Below the pieces are notes generated by a model. The model did not search any database. It had not been told where the DNA came from and was given only the letters and a program-made list of their open reading frames with translations. Made by a program: the position numbers and the translations under genes. Positions 27,025-35,756 of a stretch of 64,000 nt of DNA are shown piece after piece; positions within the stretch are counted from its first letter, which is position 1; the number at the start of each line of letters is the position of its first letter. The stretch is from an uncultured Eubacteriales bacterium (GTDB taxonomy: Bacteria > Bacillota > Clostridia > Christensenellales > Aristaeellaceae). The stretch covers positions 6,924-70,923 of the forward strand of contig CADBCY010000032.1 of assembly GCA_902793325.1 (NCBI GenBank). The letters run 5' to 3'.

Positions 27025-30000
27025 ATGACGATGCGGACGGCGAAACAGGGGAACGAGGGCCTGTCGCGCTACCTGTCGCCCCTCGGCGCCTGGGCGCTTG
27101 CGTTTGGCTGCAGCGTGGGCTGGGGCGCCTTTGTCATGCCCGGCACCACGTTCCTGCCGGTCGCGGGGCCGATGGGCACGGTGCTGGGCATCGCCATCGG
27201 CGCGGTGATCATGCTGGTCATCGGCATGAACTTCCACTTCCTGATGAACCGCTACCCCGACGCCGGCGGCACCTACGCCTACGCCAAGTGCAACTTCGGC
27301 TACGACCACGGCTACCTCAACGCCTGGTTCCTGCTGCTGACCTACGTGGCCATCATCTGGGCGAACGCCACGGCGCTGCCGCTGATCGCGCGGCACCTGT
27401 TCGGCTCGCTGTTCCAGGTTGGCTGGCACTACGAGATCGCGGGCTACCAGATCTACATGGGCGAGGCGTTCCTGGCCATCGCCGCGCTGCTGGCCACCGG
27501 GCTTATCTGCCTGCGGGGCAAGGTGGCCGCCCGGGTGCAGATCCTGATGGCGCTGGTGCTGCTGGGCGGCATCGCGGTGTGCATCGTCGCGGCGGCGACG
27601 CACTCCCGGGGCGGGATGAACGCCGTCTCCCCGCCCTATGCGCCCGAGGGCGCACCGCTGGAGGGCGTGTTCACGATCGTCGCCCTCGCGCCGTGGGCGT
27701 ATGTGGGCTTTGAGTCCATCTCCCACTCCGCCGGCGAGCTCGACTTCTCCCTCAAGCGGAGCTTCCGCATCATGGCCGTCGCGGTCGTCACGGCCGCCGT
27801 GGCCTACGGCGCGCTGGCGCTGCTGGCCGTGACCGTGCTGCCGGAGGACTGCGCGAGCTGGACGGACTACATCTTCAACCTGGGCCGCTACGAGGGCATC
27901 CGGGGCCTGCCCACCTTCTTCTCCGCGGAGTCGCTGATGGGCACCGCGGGCGCCGTGGTGCTGGGGCTGACCACGCTGGGCGCGATCTTCACGGGCCTGG
28001 TGGGCAACACCGTGGCCTCCAGCCGCCTGCTCTACGCGCTGGCGCAGGACGACATGCTTCCCGCGTGGTTCGGGAAACTGAACCGGAATCGCGTGCCCTT
28101 CCACGCCGTGCTGTTCGTGACGGGCATTTCGGTGGTGCTGCCCTTCTTCGGCCGCACGGCCATCAGCTGGATCGTGGACGTGACCACCGTGGGCGCGACC
28201 ATCGCCTATGCCTACGCCTCCGCCGCGGCGCTGAAGGCCGCGCGCCGGGAGGGCGACCGGCTGGTGACGGCCACGGGCCTGGCGGGGCTGGTGATCTCCC
28301 TCGTCTTCGTGCTGTACTTCCTGATCCCCAACCTCATGGCGGTGAAGACGCTCTCCACCGAGTCGTACCTGATCCTGGCCGCGTGGGGCATCCTGGGCTT
28401 CCTGTTCTTCCTGTACCTGTTCCGCAGGGACGGCGAGCGCCGGCTGGGGCGGTCCCCGGTGGTGTGGGTGGTGCTGCTGGCGCTGATTATATTCACCTCC
28501 ACCATCTGGATGCGCCAGGCCACCGAGACCGCCACGGAGGAGGCCGTGACGCCCATCCATACGTTCTACAGGGAGCGCCTGGAGGAGGAGGGCGTGGACA
28601 TCGTGTCCATGGCCACCAAGCCCGCGGACAGCTACCTGCGCGAGGTGCTGGACGACGTGGGGGACCAGTTGACCCGCAACAGCCTGATCCAGACCGCGCT
28701 GATCGTGGTGGCGCTGGCGATACTGTTCTACATCTACTACCTGATGCAGAAGCGGGAGAAGCAGATCGAGGTAGAGAAGGCGCTGGCCGAGGAGAGCAGC
28801 CGCGCCAAGACCAGCTTCCTGTCCAACATGAGCCATGAGATCCGCACGCCGATGAACGCCATCATCGGCCTGGACAACATCGCGCTGAAGGACCCGGACC
28901 TGTCGCCGCACACGCGCGAGCAGCTGGAGAAGATCGGCTCCAGCGCCAGGCACCTGCTGGGGCTCATCAACGACATCCTGGACATGAGCCGCATCGAGTC
29001 CGGGCGCATGGTGCTCAAGAGCGAGGAGTTCAGCTTCCGCGATTTCCTGGACCAGATCAACGTGATGATCAACGGCCAGTGCGCGGACAAGGGGCTCGAT
29101 TTCGATTGCCACATCATCGGCCGGGTGAACGACTATTACATCGGCGACGACATGAAGCTCAAGCAGGTGATGATCAACATTCTGGGCAACGCCGTCAAGT
29201 TCACCCCGGTGCCCGGCACGATCACCTTCACGGTGGAGCAGATCGCGGAGTTCGAGGAGTACTGCACGCTGCGGTTCATCATGAAGGACACCGGCATCGG
29301 CATGAGCAAGGAGTACATCCCGAAGATCTTCGAGGCATTCTCCCAGGAGAACAACGGCGCCGCGAACCGGTACGGCAGCACGGGCCTGGGCATGGCCATC
29401 ACGAAGAACATCGTGGAGATGATGAACGGCGAGATCGCGGTGGAGAGCGAGAAGGGCGTGGGCACCGCGTTCACCGTCACCGTGACGCTGAAGGCCTCCG
29501 CGCGCAGCGTGCACATGGAGCACGGGCACGTGCTGCCCAAGGGCCTGCGCGTGCTGGTGGTGGACGACGACGAGATCGCCTGCGAGCACGCCAGGCTGGT
29601 CGCGGGCAACATCGGCATCGAGGCGGAGGCCGTGCAGAGCGGCAGGGAAGCGCTCGAGCGCATCGCGTCGGTGCGCAACCAGGGCTGCCCCTTCGACTTC
29701 GTGCTGACCGACTACAAAATGCCCGGCATGGACGGCATTGAGCTGACGCGGGCCATTCGCGCCTTCGACGGCGGCGAGACGGCCGTCATCGTGCTGACCG
29801 GCTATAGCTGGGACGACATGCAGGCCGAGGCCCGGGAGGCGGGCGTGGACGGCATCATGTCCAAGCCGCTGTTCACGGAAAGCCTGCTCCGCGAAATCCG
29901 CGGCATACTGGAGCGGCGCGAGTCCGTCGCCAACCCCGACCTGGTGACGGAGAAGCTTCCGGAGCCTCCGGCGAACGCGCTGGCGGGCCTTCGCATGCTG

Positions 30001-30411
30001 ATCGCGGAGGACATGGAGATCAACGCGGACATCCTGATGGACCTGCTGGAGATGGAGGGCATGGTCACCGAGCACGCGGAGAACGGGCAGGTCGCGGTGG
30101 AGATGTTCGCGGCCAACCCCGCGGGCTACTACGACGCGGTGCTGATGGACGTGCGCATGCCGGTGATGGACGGCCTCGAGGCCACCCGCGCCATCCGCGG
30201 GCTGGACCGGCCGGACGCCGGGACGGTGCCCATCATCGCCATGACGGCCAACGCCTTCGACGAGGACGTTCAGCGCTCCCTGCAGGCGGGCATGTCGGCG
30301 CACCTGACGAAGCCCGTGGAGCCGGAGCGGCTCTACGATACCCTGAGGAGACTGGTTTGCACCGCCGGGGAAACCGATCCGGCGGGGAAGGAGGAAGGCG
30401 CGGCGCCGTGA
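27025..30411 (+). CDS. APC-family amino-acid-permease-like domain fused to a hybrid histidine kinase with two receiver domains
   Basis: 1128 aa. About the first 480 aa form a polytopic transporter fold (AFGCSVGWGAFVMPG..., YPDAGGTYAYA, about 12 hydrophobic spans). Then H-box FLSNMSHEIRTPMNAIIG, N-box LGNAVKFT, and KDTGIGM/GSTGLGMAI. Receiver 1 is VLVVDDDEI...LTDYKMPGMDG...SKP. Receiver 2 is MLIAEDMEIN...LMDVRMPVMDG...HLTKP. Confidence 0.88.
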   Translation: MTMRTAKQGNEGLSRYLSPLGAWALAFGCSVGWGAFVMPGTTFLPVAGPMGTVLGIAIGAVIMLVIGMNFHFLMNRYPDAGGTYAYAKCNFGYDHGYLNAWFLLLTYVAIIWANATALPLIARHLFGSLFQVGWHYEIAGYQIYMGEAFLAIAALLATGLICLRGKVAARVQILMALVLLGGIAVCIVAAATHSRGGMNAVSPPYAPEGAPLEGVFTIVALAPWAYVGFESISHSAGELDFSLKRSFRIMAVAVVTAAVAYGALALLAVTVLPEDCASWTDYIFNLGRYEGIRGLPTFFSAESLMGTAGAVVLGLTTLGAIFTGLVGNTVASSRLLYALAQDDMLPAWFGKLNRNRVPFHAVLFVTGISVVLPFFGRTAISWIVDVTTVGATIAYAYASAAALKAARREGDRLVTATGLAGLVISLVFVLYFLIPNLMAVKTLSTESYLILAAWGILGFLFFLYLFRRDGERRLGRSPVVWVVLLALIIFTSTIWMRQATETATEEAVTPIHTFYRERLEEEGVDIVSMATKPADSYLREVLDDVGDQLTRNSLIQTALIVVALAILFYIYYLMQKREKQIEVEKALAEESSRAKTSFLSNMSHEIRTPMNAIIGLDNIALKDPDLSPHTREQLEKIGSSARHLLGLINDILDMSRIESGRMVLKSEEFSFRDFLDQINVMINGQCADKGLDFDCHIIGRVNDYYIGDDMKLKQVMINILGNAVKFTPVPGTITFTVEQIAEFEEYCTLRFIMKDTGIGMSKEYIPKIFEAFSQENNGAANRYGSTGLGMAITKNIVEMMNGEIAVESEKGVGTAFTVTVTLKASARSVHMEHGHVLPKGLRVLVVDDDEIACEHARLVAGNIGIEAEAVQSGREALERIASVRNQGCPFDFVLTDYKMPGMDGIELTRAIRAFDGGETAVIVLTGYSWDDMQAEAREAGVDGIMSKPLFTESLLREIRGILERRESVANPDLVTEKLPEPPANALAGLRMLIAEDMEINADILMDLLEMEGMVTEHAENGQVAVEMFAANPAGYYDAVLMDVRMPVMDGLEATRAIRGLDRPDAGTVPIIAMTANAFDEDVQRSLQAGMSAHLTKPVEPERLYDTLRRLVCTAGETDPAGKEEGAAP

Positions 30412-30450
30412 GCGCGCGCGTGCGATAAACGAGAAGTGGAGGGCGGCACC

Positions 30451-31317
30451 ATGACAGAGACGACGATCGCGCGAAACCTGGGCATCATGTACGCGGAGGA
30501 GAGCGGCAGCGGGCTGCTGCATCCGTTCTTCGCCCTGATCCTGAACGCATTCAAGAGCGAGGCCGAGGCCCATGGCTACGACATCACGTTCATCAACGGG
30601 ACCGGCGAGTGGGAAGCCGGGAGCTATGCCGAGCACTGTCGGCAGCGCGGCGTGGACGGCCTGTGCATCGTCTGCGCGGACTACGCGGACCCGCGGATCA
30701 AGGCGCTGGCCACCTGCGGCATGCCCTGCGTCACCGTGGATCACATCTTCAAGGGCGTGCCCGCGGTGCTGTCGGACAACGAGACGGGCATGCAGAAGCT
30801 GGTGGAGTTCGCCATCTCGAAGGGCCACCGCCGCATCGCGTTCGTGCACGGGCACAACAACTCCATCGTCACGCGCACGCGCATCGGCCAGTTCAAGAAC
30901 ACCATGGCGTACCACGAGCTGCCCGTGACCCCGGACGACGTGGTCGACGGGCTGTACCACGACATCGCGCTCACGCGCAAGCTCGTCGGCGAGCTGCTGC
31001 GCCGGCCCGACCGGCCCACCTGCATCATACTGCCGGACGACATGTGCTTCCTCGGCGCGCAGGAAGCGGCGCGCGTGCTGGGGCTGCGCATTCCCGAGGA
31101 CATCTCCTTCGGCGGCTACGACGGCATCCCCATGACGCAGGCGCTCTCGCCCAGGCTGACCACCATTCGCCAGAGCTGCGTGGACATGGGCAAGGTGGCC
31201 GCACAGCGGCTGATCGACCGGATCGAGCGCCCCGAAACCGCCTCCAACAAGCCCAACATCTTCCCGGTGGAGCTGCTCGAGGGCGGCACGATCGCCCCGC
31301 CGGGAGGCGCATCCTAA
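30451..31317 (+). CDS. LacI/PBP-type sugar-binding domain protein lacking the N-terminal HTH
   Basis: 288 aa from ATG 30451 (GGAGGG 7 nt upstream; the track uses GTG 30436). Typical LacI core blocks are present (GHRRIAFV..., ...GYDGIPMTQALSPRLTTIRQ). Only 40 nt separate it from the upstream stop, which leaves no room for a DNA-binding domain. Confidence 0.75.
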   Translation: MTETTIARNLGIMYAEESGSGLLHPFFALILNAFKSEAEAHGYDITFINGTGEWEAGSYAEHCRQRGVDGLCIVCADYADPRIKALATCGMPCVTVDHIFKGVPAVLSDNETGMQKLVEFAISKGHRRIAFVHGHNNSIVTRTRIGQFKNTMAYHELPVTPDDVVDGLYHDIALTRKLVGELLRRPDRPTCIILPDDMCFLGAQEAARVLGLRIPEDISFGGYDGIPMTQALSPRLTTIRQSCVDMGKVAAQRLIDRIERPETASNKPNIFPVELLEGGTIAPPGGAS

Positions 31318-31335
31318 CATATGTCAGCATAATAC

Positions 31336-31369
31336 AAGACCACCGGCTGGACCGGTGGTCTTATGTTTT
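31336..31369. terminator. hairpin terminator shared by the two convergent signalling operons
   Basis: AAGACCACCGG-ctgga-CCGGTGGTCTT followed by ATGTTTTG. Confidence 0.7.
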
Positions 31370-31403
31370 GCTACGCCCGCGCGGGGCCGAGGGGTTGGCT
31401 TTC

Positions 31404-33155
31404 TCATGCCCGGGGGCCGCTTTGGAGCTGCCGCGCGAGCTCCCCTTCCAGCGTTTCGCCCCGGACGGGCTTGGACAGGTAGCCGTCGAAGCCCTCCTGC
31501 AGGCACAGCCTTTCCATCTCCGCGCCGACGTTCGCGGTCAGGCAGACGACCCTGCTGTCCCGGCACAGGCCGCCCGCCTGCGCCCGGATCCGGTGCAGGC
31601 ACTCGACGCCGTCCATCTCCGGCATCTGGTGGTCCATCAGGATCACGTCGTAGCGCGTTTCCAGCGTCTTTTGCAGCGCTTCGGCGCCGCTGGCGGCGGT
31701 GTCGACGGCCACCTTCGTGTCCCGGAGCAGCTTCTTCACCACCATCAGGTTCATCGGCGTGTCGTCCACCGCCAGCACGCGCGCGTCCTGCGCGACGAAC
31801 GCGCTGTCGCGGCTGGCCTCCGGCGTCCGCGCGCGCCTGCCCAGATCGACCGCGCCGACCGGCCGCGCGTCCGCGACGCCCTGCGGGATCTCGATGTGGA
31901 AGACCGTGCCCTTCCCGTACACGCTCTCGACGCGCACGCTGCCGCCCATCATGTCCAGCAGCTGCTTCACGATCGACAGTCCCAGGCCCGTGCCCTCGAT
32001 GTGGTGCGTCTTCTGCGCGTCTGCGCGGTGAAAGGCGGTGAACAGGTGGGGGATGTCCTCCTCGCGGATGCCGATGCCCGTGTCGGCGACGTCGTACAGC
32101 GCGGTGAAGCCGCCGTCGGCGTCCGTGCGCCCGGCGATGGACAGCGTGACCGAGCCCTCCCGCGTGTACTTCACCGCGTTGGTGATCACGTTGAGCAGGA
32201 TCTGCTTGACGTGCATTTCGTCCCCGCGCAGCGCGGTGGGGAGCGCGAGATCGACCTCGACGCGGAATTCGAGCCCCTTCTCCTGCGCGCGCAGCCAGAC
32301 CATGCTCACGATGTCGGACAGTATCGCGGTGGTGGCGTAGTCGGCGGACACGATCTCCATGCTGCCCGTCTCCAGCCGGGACAGGTCCAGGATCTCGTTG
32401 ATGGTGTGCAGCAGCGTCTTGCCGGCCACCTCGATGTTGCGCGCGTTCTCCAGCACCTCGTCGGGGAGCGGTTCGCGCAGCGTCATCTCATTCAGGCCGA
32501 TGATGGCGTTCACGGGCGTGCGGATCTCGTGGCTCATGCTGGAGAAGAAGCGCTTCTGCGCGCCGTTCAGCTCCTCGATCTCCTTCTTCTGCTTTTGCAC
32601 GATGCGGTTTTCGGTGCGGTACACCCCGGTGACGAACGCGAACAGCGTGCACAGCAGCAGCGCGACCAGCAGGATCGACAGGAACGATTCGACCTGCTCG
32701 GCCTGCGCCGTGTGCCGGACCAGCAGCCCCGGGCGCAGGTACGACAGCGCGTAGCACGCGCCGGTGAACGCGACGCACAGCGCCATCGTCGCCGCGCGCG
32801 CCCAGCCCTCCGTCGCCAGGAACACGTAGACCAGCGCGAAGGCGAACACCACCGGCGCGCCGCCGTACATCCCGCCGGAGGAGAAGAACGTCAGCGGGTA
32901 CATCAGGAAGTAGAGCAGCCCCGAAACCGCCGAGCCCGCGCGCATCCTTCCGCTCCTGAACGTGAGCGCCACCGTCGCGGCGAAGGCCACGGTGCCCGCC
33001 AGCATCAGCGCGATGTGGCCCGCGCTGCCGCCGAAGAGGATCGTGTAGGCGGAGACCAGCACGAATTCCGCCAGCGCGATCGTCGACAGCAGTTGGAACA
33101 GCCGCGCCCGCAGGCTGACCTCCGGGTCCAGCATGCGTTTCATCCTGTGCTTCAT
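31404..33155 (-). CDS. hybrid sensor histidine kinase (multi-TM N-terminus, HisKA, HATPase_c, receiver)
   Basis: ORF 31404..33521 trimmed to MKHRMKRML (ATG 33155). About 6 hydrophobic spans. H-box FFSSMSHEIRTPVNAIIG, N-box ITNAVKYT, ADTGIGI, GTGLGLSI. Receiver VLAVDDTPMN...LMDHQMPEMDG...YLSKP. Confidence 0.9.
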   Translation of the reverse strand: MKHRMKRMLDPEVSLRARLFQLLSTIALAEFVLVSAYTILFGGSAGHIALMLAGTVAFAATVALTFRSGRMRAGSAVSGLLYFLMYPLTFFSSGGMYGGAPVVFAFALVYVFLATEGWARAATMALCVAFTGACYALSYLRPGLLVRHTAQAEQVESFLSILLVALLLCTLFAFVTGVYRTENRIVQKQKKEIEELNGAQKRFFSSMSHEIRTPVNAIIGLNEMTLREPLPDEVLENARNIEVAGKTLLHTINEILDLSRLETGSMEIVSADYATTAILSDIVSMVWLRAQEKGLEFRVEVDLALPTALRGDEMHVKQILLNVITNAVKYTREGSVTLSIAGRTDADGGFTALYDVADTGIGIREEDIPHLFTAFHRADAQKTHHIEGTGLGLSIVKQLLDMMGGSVRVESVYGKGTVFHIEIPQGVADARPVGAVDLGRRARTPEASRDSAFVAQDARVLAVDDTPMNLMVVKKLLRDTKVAVDTAASGAEALQKTLETRYDVILMDHQMPEMDGVECLHRIRAQAGGLCRDSRVVCLTANVGAEMERLCLQEGFDGYLSKPVRGETLEGELARQLQSGPRA

Positions 33156-33169
33156 GCGCGCGCCCCCCG

Positions 33170-33529
33170 TCAGTCCAGCGCGGCGCGCACCGCGCCGACC
33201 AGCGCCCCCAGGTCCGCCAGGAAGGCGCCGTGGGCGGCGAGCACGGCGTCCGCGTCGCCGGCCTTCGCGGCGTCTTCCAGCGCCTTCGCGCGCTGCGACA
33301 GCGCCGTCGCGCCGATCGTGCGCGAGGTGCTCTTGAGGGAATGCGCGCGGATGCGATAGTTGTCCCAGTCCCGCGCCGCGCAGAACCGCTCCAGCTCCCC
33401 GAGCTTCGCCGCGGCGTCGCGCACGAATTCGCCGAGCATCTCCGCGTAGAATTCCCCATCCTCCGCGCAGCAGGCCATGCCCGCCCCGGTGTCGATGCCG
33501 CAGGCCCGCAGCCGATCCCAATTCAGCAC
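33170..33529 (-). CDS. stand-alone Hpt (histidine phosphotransfer) protein
   Basis: In frame with ORF 33170..33793. GTG 33529 is preceded by GGAGG and overlaps the upstream stop (GTGCTGA). RAHSLKSTSRTIGA fits the HxxKG motif. Confidence 0.75.
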   Translation of the reverse strand: MLNWDRLRACGIDTGAGMACCAEDGEFYAEMLGEFVRDAAAKLGELERFCAARDWDNYRIRAHSLKSTSRTIGATALSQRAKALEDAAKAGDADAVLAAHGAFLADLGALVGAVRAALD

Positions 33530-34539
33530 GTTCCGTCCTCCCTCATTCGGTAGTCCCCGTCCTCGTCGATCATCTTCAGCATGATGGCGGCAAAGCGGGG
33601 GTCGAGCTGGCTGCCCGCGCAGCGCTCGATCTCCGCGCGGACGTGCGCCTGCGGCAGCGCCTGGCGGTAGCTGCGGTTGCTCGTCATGGCGTCGTAGGTG
33701 TCCGCGACGGCGATGATCCGCGCGACCTCCGGGATGTCCTCCCCGGCGAGACCGTCGGGGTAGCCGCGCCCGTCGTAGCGCTCGTGGTGCCACCGCGCCC
33801 CGATCACAAGCTCCGGGAAATCGGTGATGTTCTTCAGGATGTCCGACCCGACGGCGGGGTGCGTCTTGATCTGCGCGTACTCCTCGTCGGTCAGGCGGCC
33901 GTTTTTGTTGATGATGGCGTCCTGCACGCCGATCTTGCCCACGTCGTGCAAGAGGCCCATCATGTAGACCCGCTCCTGCCCGGCGTCGCTGAAGCCCGCG
34001 CGCCGGGCGATTTCCCGGGCGTAGACCGCGACGCGCGCGGAATGGCCGTGGGTGTACTTGTCCTTGGCGTCCACGGAGGCCGCCAGCGCCTGCACGATCT
34101 GCAGCCAGGCGCGCGACAGCTTCTCCGTCTTTGCGCGGATCTCGCGGGCCATGTCGACGTGCAGGCGGTTGAGCTCGATGATGTTGCCCACGCGCTTGAG
34201 CAGCACCTCCGCCGCGAACGGCTTGCGGATGAAGTCCGACGCCCCCGCCTGCAGGCCCTCGCTCTCGGTTCGCACGTCCTCGTCGCCCGTCAGGAAGGCG
34301 ACGGGCACGTTCCGGAAGCGCGCGTCCGTGCGCAGCCGCTTCAGCAGGTCGATGCCGTTGGCGTCCGGCATGTGCACGTCCAGCAGGATCAGGTCGGGGG
34401 GATCGGCCCCGTCCGGGCGCGCGAACAGCTCCCCGCCGGAGGTGCAGTATTCGCCCTCGATCCCGGCCCGGTCAAACACCCGCCTGGCGATGCGCAGGCT
34501 CATGGCGTCGTCATCGACGACGATGATTCTGGTCTTCAC
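33523..34539 (-). CDS. response regulator with receiver and HD-GYP domains (predicted c-di-GMP phosphodiesterase, RpfG-like)
   Basis: Receiver IIVVDDDAMS...LLDVHMPDANG...RKP. HD-GYP blocks HGHSARVAVYA, LLHDVGKIGV and HHERYDGRGYPDGL. I prefer GTG 34539 (GGGAG upstream) over the track ATG 34569, which has no RBS. Confidence 0.9.
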   Translation of the reverse strand: MKTRIIVVDDDAMSLRIARRVFDRAGIEGEYCTSGGELFARPDGADPPDLILLDVHMPDANGIDLLKRLRTDARFRNVPVAFLTGDEDVRTESEGLQAGASDFIRKPFAAEVLLKRVGNIIELNRLHVDMAREIRAKTEKLSRAWLQIVQALAASVDAKDKYTHGHSARVAVYAREIARRAGFSDAGQERVYMMGLLHDVGKIGVQDAIINKNGRLTDEEYAQIKTHPAVGSDILKNITDFPELVIGARWHHERYDGRGYPDGLAGEDIPEVARIIAVADTYDAMTSNRSYRQALPQAHVRAEIERCAGSQLDPRFAAIMLKMIDEDGDYRMREDGTC

Positions 34540-34589
34540 GTTCGCTCCCAGCCTTTCCGGTTGCCGCATGCGCGGGGTCGCAGGGGATG

Positions 34590-34844
34590 TCAGTACAGCT
34601 CCTTCAGCACCAGCACCGTGATGCCGGGGTTGTCGCCGGGCAGGATGCGCAGCACCTTCGGGTGCCAGCGGTATTCGTCCCGGATCATCGCGCGCAGGCT
34701 GGTGCCGCGGTGGTAGCCGTGGATCAGTTGCAATTGATAGGTCATCGGCCCGGCGCCGGCGAGGGCGCGGTCGATCACCCGGATGGCCTCCTCCTGCCGG
34801 AGGCCGTGCAGGTCGACCTTCACAAACGGTTCATTCATGCGCAT
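34590..34844 (-). CDS. Smr (small MutS-related) domain protein
   Basis: 84 aa, MRMNEPFVKVDLHGLRQEEAIRVIDRAL...LQLIHGYHRG. This is the C-terminal segment of the otherwise junk ORF 34590..35705. Confidence 0.7.
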   Translation of the reverse strand: MRMNEPFVKVDLHGLRQEEAIRVIDRALAGAGPMTYQLQLIHGYHRGTSLRAMIRDEYRWHPKVLRILPGDNPGITVLVLKELY

Positions 34845-34852
34845 CGCCCCCG

Positions 34853-35713
34853 TCAGCAGTTTCCGGTGTACACGTATTTCAGGCTCTCCCGCGCGACGTC
34901 GGCGAGGCGGTAGACGCGGCGCACGTCCGTCGCCGGGCGGTCGGTCATGTGAAAGCGCGGGAAGAAGCGCGAGATGTGCAGCGGGATGTCCCCGCCGATG
35001 CGCCGGCCGTCCGTATCCTCCAGCCCCGCGACCCAGTCCGCCAGCGCGCGCATTTCGTCCTCGGAATCGTTCTCGCCGGGCACGACCAGCGTGGTCAGCT
35101 CCACGTGGCAGCGCTGCGCGGCCCGGGCGACGAACGCCTTCACCATGCCGAGGCTGCCGCCCAGCACGCGCGCATAGTAGCGGTCGGTGAAGCCCTTGAG
35201 GTCGATGTTCATGGCGTCGATGTACGGCGCGAGGGCCTCCAGCACGTGAAGCTCCGCCGTGCCGTTGGTGACCAGCGCGTTCACAAGCCCCGCTTCCCGG
35301 GCCAGCTTCGCCGCGTCGCGCACGTATTCCCAGCCGACCAGCGGCTCGTTGTAGGTGAACGCCAGCCCGATGTTGCCGCGGGGCTTCAGGCGGACCGCCG
35401 CCCGCACCAGCGCTTCCGGGGAGACGCTCTCGGCGCGCCCGGCGAGGCGCATGGCCTCCGGCGACCAGGAGATTTCGTGGTTCTGGCAGAAGGGGCAGCG
35501 CAGGTTGCAGCCGTAGCTGCCCGCCGAGAGGATCATGCTCCCGGGGTGGAAGCGCCGCAGCGGCTTCTTCTCGACGGGGTCCAGCGCCAGCGCGGTGATC
35601 CGGCCGTAATTCTCCGCGACCACCCTGCCGTCCGCGCACGCGCGCGCGCCGCAGAAGCCCCGGCGGCCTTCGGGGATGTCGCAGTGGTGGAAGCAAACGT
35701 CGCAACGGGCCAT
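34853..35713 (-). CDS. amrS: AmmeMemoRadiSam system radical SAM enzyme
   Basis: 286 aa. N-terminal Cys-rich MARCDVCFHHCDIPEGRRGFCGAR and radical SAM CxxxCxxC motif GCNLRCPFCQNHEIS. PFL-activase-like fold. Adjacent to an AMMECR1-domain gene. Confidence 0.85.
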   Translation of the reverse strand: MARCDVCFHHCDIPEGRRGFCGARACADGRVVAENYGRITALALDPVEKKPLRRFHPGSMILSAGSYGCNLRCPFCQNHEISWSPEAMRLAGRAESVSPEALVRAAVRLKPRGNIGLAFTYNEPLVGWEYVRDAAKLAREAGLVNALVTNGTAELHVLEALAPYIDAMNIDLKGFTDRYYARVLGGSLGMVKAFVARAAQRCHVELTTLVVPGENDSEDEMRALADWVAGLEDTDGRRIGGDIPLHISRFFPRFHMTDRPATDVRRVYRLADVARESLKYVYTGNC

Positions 35714-35756
35714 ATCGCGTCCTCCGCAGGGTCGGGACGGGGTGGGAAAGGGTCGG

